From Thermodesulfovibrionales bacterium (GTDB lineage: Bacteria > Nitrospirota > Thermodesulfovibrionia > Thermodesulfovibrionales > SM23-35), in contig CAVQRT010000031.1 of assembly GCA_963715195.1 (NCBI GenBank), forward strand, positions 262,918 to 326,917: a DNA stretch of 64,000 nt, read 5' to 3'. Positions 56,801 through 64,000 of this stretch are shown one piece after another (the first letter of the stretch is position 1; each line of letters starts with the position of its first letter). Below the pieces are notes generated by a model. It did not search any database and had not been told where the DNA came from. It saw only the letters and a program-made list of their open reading frames with translations. A program made the position numbers and the translations under genes.

Positions 56801-57865
56801 TCACTTCAGTTCTTTAATCTTCTCCGCCTGATCATAGGTAATGAGAGCGTCAAGGATTTCATCGATATCGCCCTCAAGCACCTGGTCAAGCTTATGGAGC
56901 GTAAATCCGATTCGGTGATCGGTCACGCGGTTTTGGGGGAAATTGTACGTCCTGATTTTCTCACTCCTGTCACCGCTTCCTACCTGCGATCTCCTCTCTG
57001 AAGCACGCTCCTTTTCCTGGCGTTCCATCTCGATCTCATACAGTCTAGCACGCAGAACCTTCATCGCTTTATCTTTATTTTTGATCTGGGACCGCTCATC
57101 CTGACACTGGACAATCAGTCCCGTGGGAATGTGGACGATTCTTACCGCAGAATAGGTAGTATTTACTCCCTGACCTCCGGGGCCTGATGAACAGAATGTG
57201 TCTATCCTGAGGTCTTTTTCATCCACCCTGATGTCAACGTCTTCAGCCTCGGGAAGCACCGCAACGGTGGAGGCAGAGGTGTGGATTCTTCCTGAACCCT
57301 CGGTAACGGGGACCCGCTGGACCCTGTGCACGCCGCTTTCATATTTCAGACGGCTGTAAGCATTTTTCCCCTGTATGGAAACGATGACTTCCTTGATACC
57401 GCCAAGACCTGTAGGGTTCAGCGCTATTGTCTCCACTTTCCAGCGCCTGTGCTCTGCGTATTTCAAATACATGCGAAGGAGTTCAGACGCAAAGAGCGCG
57501 GCCTCCTCTCCGCCTGTGCCCGCCCGGATTTCAAGGATGACGTTTTTCTTATCACGCGGGTCTCCGGGGATAAGCATGATCGTCAGGTCTTCCTCTATCC
57601 TCGGCTTTTTCTCCCTCAATGCATCGAGTTCTACCTGTGCGAGTTCGCGCATATCGCCATCACCGCTGTGAAGGAGCTCTGCTGCACCTTCGATGTCGGA
57701 AAGCAGTTTACGGTATTCCCTGATTTTTTCCACCAGAGGGAGAAGTTCTGCCTGCTCTTTCGAATACTTCTGCAGTTCCGTCGGTTTTGAAAGGACCTCC
57801 GGATCCATCAGAAGCCTTGTCAGTTCTTCGTATTTGTGTTCTACTGCTGTGAGTTTCTCAAGCAT
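56801..57865 (-). CDS. prfA: Peptide chain release factor 1
   Basis: PVT tripeptide (VQRVPVTE) and the GGQ motif ([11 protein letters not shown]). Confidence 0.95.
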   Translation of the reverse strand: MLEKLTAVEHKYEELTRLLMDPEVLSKPTELQKYSKEQAELLPLVEKIREYRKLLSDIEGAAELLHSGDGDMRELAQVELDALREKKPRIEEDLTIMLIPGDPRDKKNVILEIRAGTGGEEAALFASELLRMYLKYAEHRRWKVETIALNPTGLGGIKEVIVSIQGKNAYSRLKYESGVHRVQRVPVTEGSGRIHTSASTVAVLPEAEDVDIRVDEKDLRIDTFCSSGPGGQGVNTTYSAVRIVHIPTGLIVQCQDERSQIKNKDKAMKVLRARLYEIEMERQEKERASERRSQVGSGDRSEKIRTYNFPQNRVTDHRIGFTLHKLDQVLEGDIDEILDALITYDQAEKIKELK

Positions 57866-58736
57866 GCGCTTCTTCTGTTATAAGAACTTCCCGGAGTGCC
57901 CTGACCGCTACCTCGATCTGTGCTTCATCAGGTTCCCTGGTTGTCAGTCGCTGGAGCAACAAGCCGGGCTGGATCAGGAAATGCATCAGGAGGTTGTGTT
58001 CCATCTTTGCAGAAAGTTTCAGGATCTCATATGAAATTCCGGCAATGAGGGGGATAAGAATAAGGCGGGATAAAAATTTATAGATGAACTGCCATTCCTG
58101 AGGGATAAAGGAAAACACGAATATGCTGATAATCATTACGATGAGCAGAAAGCTTGTCCCGCAACGGGGGTGAAGAGGGCTGTGGATTTTAATATTGTTT
58201 ACGGTCAGGTCCTTACCGTTTTCGTATGCATGGATGACCTTATGTTCAGCTCCGTGATATTCAAAAATCCGCCTCATCTCCTTCCACATCCCGACTGAGA
58301 TGATATACACGAGGAAGATAAGGACTCTGATGACACCATCGACGAGGTTAAAGACGAGGGAGCTTCCGGAGACAGATTCAAAAAACAGACCAAGCAGTTT
58401 GGTAGCATACAACGGAAGGAGAATAAAAAGCCCGATACCGATAAGTACAGCCATGGAAATGGTTAACACGATTGAAGCGGGACTTAATGGTTTCCCCTCC
58501 TCTTCTTCATATGCCTTGCTCGCAGAGAATTCTATTGCCTTAATGCCGATAAAGAGGGCATAAAAGAGTGCTAGGAACCCCCGAAGGATGGGAAGCCTGA
58601 AGAGTTTCGGGAGTTCGGATAGTTCCTCTGTTTTTACATGGATTTCCCCCTTCGGGCTCCTGACTGCAACTGTCCAGCTTTTCCTGCCCTTCATCATGAC
58701 GCCTTCTATGACTGCCTGTCCGCCGATATTCTTCAT
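57858..58736 (-). CDS. DUF1385 (YqhQ-like) membrane protein
   Basis: [11 protein letters not shown] and HGAEHK. It sits in the conserved position between rpmE and prfA. Confidence 0.85.
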   Translation of the reverse strand: MKNIGGQAVIEGVMMKGRKSWTVAVRSPKGEIHVKTEELSELPKLFRLPILRGFLALFYALFIGIKAIEFSASKAYEEEEGKPLSPASIVLTISMAVLIGIGLFILLPLYATKLLGLFFESVSGSSLVFNLVDGVIRVLIFLVYIISVGMWKEMRRIFEYHGAEHKVIHAYENGKDLTVNNIKIHSPLHPRCGTSFLLIVMIISIFVFSFIPQEWQFIYKFLSRLILIPLIAGISYEILKLSAKMEHNLLMHFLIQPGLLLQRLTTREPDEAQIEVAVRALREVLITEEAHA

Positions 58737-58832
58737 GACAGTTGTGTACCTTTCCTCCCCCTGCCCGGTTCCATTGTGTAGGGGTATCCCCGGATCTCAG
58801 GTGGAACGGTGGAGAGGGGAGCAGGCGTATTC

Positions 58833-58870
58833 ACACAAAAGCCGTTAGTCTGGATCGATTGACTAACGGC
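58833..58870 (-). terminator. Intrinsic terminator after rpmE
   Basis: The minus strand reads GCCGTTAGTC-N10-GACTAACGGC followed by TTTTGTGTG. Confidence 0.6.
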
Positions 58871-58888
58871 TTTTTCATCTTACGGTAT

Positions 58889-59089
58889 CTATTTTTTTGC
58901 GTATTTCTTCTTGAACTTCTCTACCCGTCCTTCTGCATCGACAATTTTCTGTTTGCCGGTGAAGAACGGATGGCACTTTGAACAGATATCCACATGAATT
59001 TTCTGTTTTGTTGAACGTGTTGTAAAAACCTCACCACAGGCACATTCGATTTTTGTTTCATTGTATGTGGGATGAATTCCTTCTTTCAA
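58889..59089 (-). CDS. rpmE: 50S ribosomal protein L31 (zinc-ribbon type)
   Basis: MKEGIHP.Y....I.C.CG......ST.....VDICS.CHPFFTG. Confidence 0.95.
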   Translation of the reverse strand: MKEGIHPTYNETKIECACGEVFTTRSTKQKIHVDICSKCHPFFTGKQKIVDAEGRVEKFKKKYAKK

Positions 59090-59189
59090 TCTGTTCCTCC
59101 TGAAAATTTAATCATTAATAATAATAGATTCTTACAATTTTTAGCAAGCCGGGGATGGCAATGTCAAATTCTTTCAGTTTTTCAGGGCT

Positions 59190-59213
59190 GTCATTCTGGC
59201 CAAGCCAGAATGA
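59190..59213 (+). repeat. Minimal copy (D) of the GTCATTC...GAATGAC palindromic element
   Basis: GTCATTCTGGCCAAGCCAGAATGAC. Confidence 0.45.
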
Positions 59214-59343
59214 CACAATAGGATATGAACTGTCGGAACAGAGTTTGCTTTGATGTAACCACAACAATATACAAAAATAGGCAGAAATATTGTTCACTGA
59301 TAATATATAGTATCAATCGAACATTACCAAGGAGGGGGCAAGA

Positions 59344-59889
59344 ATGGATGAGATCATCGACATAATCCTGAACAAAATGCCTGTGGGTGTTGTTGTCTAT
59401 AACAGGAAATTGCATATGGTCTATACAAACAGAATGGCAGAGAATTTTTTGAAACGGTATTTTCTTCCGGACGAAATATCCCAGCTGACCAGGAGGATAT
59501 TCGATGCGATGGATGCCTCCAGTCTGCAAGAATCCTTCCCCGGCGAAGTGTATATTTTCAAGAGGCTTGACGGCTCCTCGAGCAATTGGATATTCAGGTT
59601 TTTTCTGTCCGAGGGACCCAAAAAGCTTGTAGGCATTTTTATCATCGAGGAAAGGATTTCGCAAAAGCTTGACATGAATGAGATACGGAAGCAATTCAGG
59701 CTGACCCGACGGGAAACCGACATACTCAGGCGCGTGCTCGATGGCTTGAAAAATGTCGAAATTGCAGAAGAGCTCGAGATCTCCGAGCAGACCGTGAAGG
59801 ATCACCTGAGCAATATTTATATGAAATCAGGGGTTGAAAACCGGTTTGATCTCGCACGGTTGCTTATGCATGCGGAGAACAGTTCATGA
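59344..59889 (+). CDS. LuxR-family transcriptional regulator with a PAS-like N-terminal domain
   Basis: LTRRETDILRRVLDGLKNVEIAEELEISEQTVKDHLSNIYMK. Confidence 0.8.
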   Translation: MDEIIDIILNKMPVGVVVYNRKLHMVYTNRMAENFLKRYFLPDEISQLTRRIFDAMDASSLQESFPGEVYIFKRLDGSSSNWIFRFFLSEGPKKLVGIFIIEERISQKLDMNEIRKQFRLTRRETDILRRVLDGLKNVEIAEELEISEQTVKDHLSNIYMKSGVENRFDLARLLMHAENSS

Positions 59890-60828
59890 TCCCGGTTTGT
59901 TTCTGCAGAGGAGCTGCCTGGCATATGCAATATCTTCCCTGATCTGTTTTTCAAGACTTGCTGCGTCCGGAAATGTGCGTTCTCCCCTTATTCTGTCGAT
60001 AAAATATATCCTGATATTTTCTCCCAGCAGGTTACCGGAAAAACTGAAGAGGTGCACTTCATAACTGATCTTGTCATTGCCGAATGTCGGATTTTTTCCG
60101 ATGTTTGCGACTCCGTTATGCACTGTGCCTCTTACACTGACCCTTACTGCATATACTCCTTCCCTGGGGGCGATCTCTACCGGTGTTGTGATATTTGCCG
60201 TCGGAATGCGGAGGAGTTGCTGTCCTCTTCCCTTTCCTTTTATAACACTTCCTTCAATTGAATATGGCCTTGCGAGAAATTTCGAAGCCTCGGAGACCGA
60301 TCCCTTCTGGAGCAGTGACCTGACGGCGCTGCTGCTCACGATATTGCCGTGAACCATGACGTTTTTGATCGCCTGCACACCGAACCCGAGGAGTTTTCCC
60401 TGTTTTTTCAGCAGTTCAATGGTCCCTTTCTTATGCTTCCCAAAGGTATAGTGGTCCCCGACGATAATTTCCCTGACGCGCAGTTTTTTGATCAAGACCT
60501 CATTGATAAAATCATCGGGCAGTAAGCCGGAGAATTCCTTATTGAAATTTATCAAGAGCAGGACATGGATCCCCATTGCCTCGATAAGCCGCGCCTTTTC
60601 CTCTGTTGTCGTGAGCAGTTTAATATTTCTTTCCGGTGCGATGACCTTTACCGGATGAGGCTCAAACGTCATCACCATGGACGTGCCTTTTGTCTCCGCA
60701 GCTTTCTTGACCACTGCTGACAGGATTTTCTGATGGCCAAGATGCACCCCGTCATAATTGCCTATGGTGAGGACAGTATCAGGATACGGCCTCTCCAGAG
60801 CTTCAAGGCCGACAACAATCTCCATCAT
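59884..60828 (-). CDS. ribF: Bifunctional riboflavin kinase / FMN adenylyltransferase
   Basis: IGNYDGVHLGHQ, with RGQQLLRIPTAN and the C-terminal kinase block. Confidence 0.9.
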   Translation of the reverse strand: MMEIVVGLEALERPYPDTVLTIGNYDGVHLGHQKILSAVVKKAAETKGTSMVMTFEPHPVKVIAPERNIKLLTTTEEKARLIEAMGIHVLLLINFNKEFSGLLPDDFINEVLIKKLRVREIIVGDHYTFGKHKKGTIELLKKQGKLLGFGVQAIKNVMVHGNIVSSSAVRSLLQKGSVSEASKFLARPYSIEGSVIKGKGRGQQLLRIPTANITTPVEIAPREGVYAVRVSVRGTVHNGVANIGKNPTFGNDKISYEVHLFSFSGNLLGENIRIYFIDRIRGERTFPDAASLEKQIREDIAYARQLLCRNKPGS

Positions 60829-61417
60829 GACCCTTAGACATGAGCTTTTTATAGATATCTCTCACTTGCTGCTCCGTCTCTTCCATTGTTCCATTATTAT
60901 TTATTGTAAAGTCAGACCTGCTGGCCTTTTCCTCTAAAGGGAGCTGCGACCGGATTCTTTCAATGGCCTCTCCCCGCTTTACGCCTTTTTTTTCAAGCCG
61001 TTCAAGTGCTTCTTCCTGCGCTGTTTGTACCGTAATGATTTTTTGAAATCCGCCTTCATAGTTCCGTTCAAAAAGGAGTGGCGTCTCGACAACAACGATG
61101 TTGCTTTTTCTTTCTTCACGCTCAAGGAGATGGTTTATCTTCTCGAATACCTGAGGATGAAGAATGTCCTCGAGAGAGTGCCTCAAAACAGCATGTGCAA
61201 AGATTAAGGAGGCAACTTTTTTTTTATCAAGGCCGCCATCCGGGCGAAACACCCTGTCACCGAGAAGATTTTTGATTTTTTTTATCACTGTTTCTTCCCG
61301 GAGCAGGGATGCAACGATTTCATCTGCATCATAAGCAATCGCTCCGAGATTCCGGAACATCTTCAGCACCGTGCTTTTCCCCGTACCATAATTGCCGGTC
61401 AACCCCACCAGAAGCAT
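60803..61417 (-). CDS. coaE: Dephospho-CoA kinase
   Basis: VGLTGNYGTGKSTV and DADEIV. Confidence 0.9.
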   Translation of the reverse strand: MLLVGLTGNYGTGKSTVLKMFRNLGAIAYDADEIVASLLREETVIKKIKNLLGDRVFRPDGGLDKKKVASLIFAHAVLRHSLEDILHPQVFEKINHLLEREERKSNIVVVETPLLFERNYEGGFQKIITVQTAQEEALERLEKKGVKRGEAIERIRSQLPLEEKASRSDFTINNNGTMEETEQQVRDIYKKLMSKGHDGDCCRP

Positions 61418-61523
61418 AGCCAGTATTATACCAGTTCGGACGTAGCGTGTAGCGGAAAGAATAGTCCCAGTCTTGCAGTGATAAATCTTCTGTCTAAAAT
61501 CACCTGTCAGGATTATGAAAGGA

Positions 61524-62435
61524 TTATGCTGCCCTGATGCCCCCGATTATATCCCTGACGGTATGAATATTTTTTCTTTGGAGATACGCAGCCAGTCCCT
61601 CGATAATCTCAGAAGTTGCCCGTGGATTCAGGAAGTTGCCTGTGCCTACCTGAACGGCAGAAGCACCTGCAAGCAAAAATTCTATGGCATCCGAAGCATT
61701 GAGGATGCCGCCTATTCCTATGACAGGGATGCTTACCGCCTGAGATGCCTCCCAGACCATTCTCAATGCGATTGGTTTGATTGCCGGGCCTGACAATCCG
61801 CCTGTTACATTGGCAAGTTTTGACTTTCGCGTCTCAATGTCAATCGACAGGGCCGGGATGGTATTAATCAGCGATATGGCATTGCTTCCTGCATCCTCGG
61901 CTGCCCTCGCAAAAACAGGTATGCTCGATACATTCGGAGAAAGCTTTGTTATGACTACCGTAGCACCTGAAGCTTGTTTAACGGCACCGACAAGCTTTGC
62001 GAGTGAACGCTGATCGGTGCCAAAGGCCATCCCGCCTTTTTTTACATTCGGGCATGACACATTCAACTCAATTCCGTCAACGCCTGTTTCATCGAGTGCT
62101 CTCGCAAGCCTGACGTATTCCTGAACGCTCTTTCCGAGGATGTTGACGATAACCTTTGTGTCAAAATTCCTGAGGTAGGGCAGTTTTTCTTTGAGAAACT
62201 TCTTCAGGCCCACATTCTGAAGGCCGATTGCGTTCAGCATCCCACAGGGCGTCTCGCATATCCTCGGGGCAGGATTCCCCTCCATGGGTTTCAGGGAAAT
62301 TCCCTTCACCACGATGCCACCGAGCAGATTCAGATCGACAAACTCATTGTATTCCTCACCGTATCCGAACGTACCGGACGCGGTCAAGACCGGGTTCTTG
62401 AGGTTCAGTTTCCCTATGTTGACAGATAAATCCAC
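61524..62435 (-). CDS. pyrD: Dihydroorotate dehydrogenase, class 1B catalytic subunit
   Basis: L.NPV..ASGTFGYG, ELN.SCPN and GG.SG.AIKPIALR. Confidence 0.95.
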   Translation of the reverse strand: MDLSVNIGKLNLKNPVLTASGTFGYGEEYNEFVDLNLLGGIVVKGISLKPMEGNPAPRICETPCGMLNAIGLQNVGLKKFLKEKLPYLRNFDTKVIVNILGKSVQEYVRLARALDETGVDGIELNVSCPNVKKGGMAFGTDQRSLAKLVGAVKQASGATVVITKLSPNVSSIPVFARAAEDAGSNAISLINTIPALSIDIETRKSKLANVTGGLSGPAIKPIALRMVWEASQAVSIPVIGIGGILNASDAIEFLLAGASAVQVGTGNFLNPRATSEIIEGLAAYLQRKNIHTVRDIIGGIRAA

Positions 62436-62479
62436 GGGATTTTAATCTTGTGAGTTGATGGGATTGTCCAATCTATCGA

Positions 62480-63250
62480 TTACCATACGATTTCGTCTAT
62501 CGAAAATACCGGCCCTTCCTTACAAACTCTTTTATACCCCGCTACTGTCTGCACAGCACACCCGAGACATGCACCGAACCCGCATGCCATGTTTTCCTCG
62601 AGAGATACAAATCCCTTCAGCTGATTTTCCAGAGCTATTTTAGCCACAGCAGCGAGCATGGGTTTTGGTCCGCAGGCGTAGATCATATATGAAGCGCCTT
62701 TGGACGAAGGAGACGCCAGAAAACTGGTCAAAATGTCAGTTGCCTTCCCATCCCCGCCAAAAGAGCAGTCATCAGTACAGGTCATGAGATCGCTTTCTAA
62801 CCGCTCTAATTCTTTCAGCAGCAGAAGATCACTTTTGCACCTGGCGCCGTATATGAGGCATATTTTATTCGTGAGGCGTTCTGCGAGGGGAAAAAGGGAG
62901 GCGATACCTACTCCACCAGCAATAAGCAATGGAGTAAATCCTCTCTTGGGGTTCGGATATCCGGTACCGAGAGGACCGATTACCTGTATTTCACTGCCTG
63001 GTTTCAATGCCTTCATCTTCGCTGTCCCTTTTCCCCTCACTGTGTAGAGGAATTGAAGGGTGGCAGGAGTTTTTCTGAAATAACTGAAAGGCCTTTTCAG
63101 CAGGGGGTCGAGTGAATTGCCTGTCTCCACCATGTAGAACTGGCCTGGGGCTGGTTCGATGGTCGGCCCAAGAGGCTCTATGGTAAGGAGATAATTCTTT
63201 CTGTTTAACGGAAGGTTATCGGTTACTTTTGCGGTGAAGATCCTATGCAA
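62480..63250 (-). CDS. pyrK: Dihydroorotate dehydrogenase electron-transfer subunit
   Basis: RPFS, CGP.PM and the C-terminal MACGFGACLGCAV 2Fe-2S motif. Confidence 0.9.
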   Translation of the reverse strand: MHRIFTAKVTDNLPLNRKNYLLTIEPLGPTIEPAPGQFYMVETGNSLDPLLKRPFSYFRKTPATLQFLYTVRGKGTAKMKALKPGSEIQVIGPLGTGYPNPKRGFTPLLIAGGVGIASLFPLAERLTNKICLIYGARCKSDLLLLKELERLESDLMTCTDDCSFGGDGKATDILTSFLASPSSKGASYMIYACGPKPMLAAVAKIALENQLKGFVSLEENMACGFGACLGCAVQTVAGYKRVCKEGPVFSIDEIVW

Positions 63251-63719
63251 AGCTGATCTCTAAGATCTCGTACTCCACGGTTTTTGCGGGAACCTTGATG
63301 GTGACAACGTCGCCTACTTCCTTGTTCAGTAAGGCCTTGCCGACAGGCGAGCTGATGGATATTTTCCCGTTTTTCACGTCCGCTTCTTCAGGGCCGACAA
63401 GCATGAAGCTTTTCTCTTCGTCGGACGAGAGGTCGATGACTTTCACGGTGGCTCCGAAGGCAATTTTTTCCTGTGAGATCTTGGAGGGGTTGATGACATC
63501 TGCAAGGGCAAGTTTAGTCTTCAGTTCCTGGATCTTTCCTTCGATAAATGACTGTCTTTCTTTTGCAGCATGGTATTCGGCATTCTCTGAAAGATCCCCG
63601 TGCGCCCTTGCCTCGGAGATATCCTTGATGTTCCTGGGCCTGTCGACTTTCAGCAGCCGGGCCAGTTCTTCCTGAAGTTTCTGGAATCCGTCCGGTGTTA
63701 TTGGCATCCTTCTGAGCAC
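63243..63719 (-). CDS. greA: Transcription elongation factor GreA
   Basis: ITPDGFQKLQEEL......R.....I.EARAHGDLSENAEYHAAKE. Confidence 0.95.
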   Translation of the reverse strand: MLRRMPITPDGFQKLQEELARLLKVDRPRNIKDISEARAHGDLSENAEYHAAKERQSFIEGKIQELKTKLALADVINPSKISQEKIAFGATVKVIDLSSDEEKSFMLVGPEEADVKNGKISISSPVGKALLNKEVGDVVTIKVPAKTVEYEILEISFA

Positions 63720-63750
63720 GATATCCCCCTTTTTGAATAAATTAATGTAA

Positions 63751-64000
<250 letters not shown>

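Noticed and set aside
59191-59805. A 204-aa minus-strand ORF overlapping the LuxR-family gene
   Set aside because: The plus-strand ORF carries a textbook LuxR HTH and a good SD (AAGGAGGGGG). The antisense ORF has no recognisable features.

Overview
This is a 64-kb chromosomal window from an anaerobic, cytochrome-c-rich bacterium that looks like a sulfate reducer. Gene content resembles Thermodesulfovibrionia or Desulfobacterota. I recognised no rRNA, tRNA, CRISPR array, transposase, integrase or phage genes.

Gene order, left to right:
- Two paralogous NrpR-type regulators bracket an operon: a GltB-type FMN subunit, a ferredoxin, NuoE-like and NuoF-like subunits, and an FdhA/NuoG-like subunit whose catalytic Cys/Sec-His pair reads Tyr-Tyr.
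- An MNT/HepT toxin-antitoxin pair, an IscA-like protein, hemB, an octaheme cytochrome c and a BioB-like radical SAM gene.
- A Fur regulator with near-consensus Fur boxes, next to a conserved anaerobe cluster of unknown function: M50 protease, DUF5320, two NifX-like proteins, a Gly-rich zinc ribbon, Mrp/NBP35, FmdB, two MinD-ferredoxin ATPases and a radical SAM protein.
- A second Fur paralog with feoA and a frameshifted feoB, then a radical SAM/SPASM protein and thi4.
- An MBL hydrolase, TrmO-like, DUF134, NifX-like and CGGC genes, and a small cytochrome c.
- A peptidoglycan-recycling pair: a MurU-AmgK fusion and NamZ.
- A two-component module: receiver, PAS histidine kinase, receiver.
- A complete but permuted Hmc-type complex in the order E-F-A-(D)-B-C, with a 16-heme HmcA. 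HmcF carries an in-frame TGA at a conserved Cys position, followed by a hairpin, so it is a selenocysteine candidate.
- A PocR-domain protein, ilvBN, and LPS-core genes (a GT9 heptosyltransferase and a WaaF-GmhB fusion).
- An AraC-type response regulator, a SulP transporter with a large insertion, and a histidine kinase.
- Housekeeping genes: prfA, DUF1385, rpmE, a LuxR-type regulator, ribF, coaE, pyrDK, greA and the 5' end of proS.

Two themes run across the window. First, about 13 single-base frame disruptions, almost all one apparent extra base in a short homopolymer, split otherwise well-conserved genes. They may be consensus errors rather than real pseudogenes. Second, two families of short dispersed palindromic repeats occur, some apparently inserted in frame within genes.
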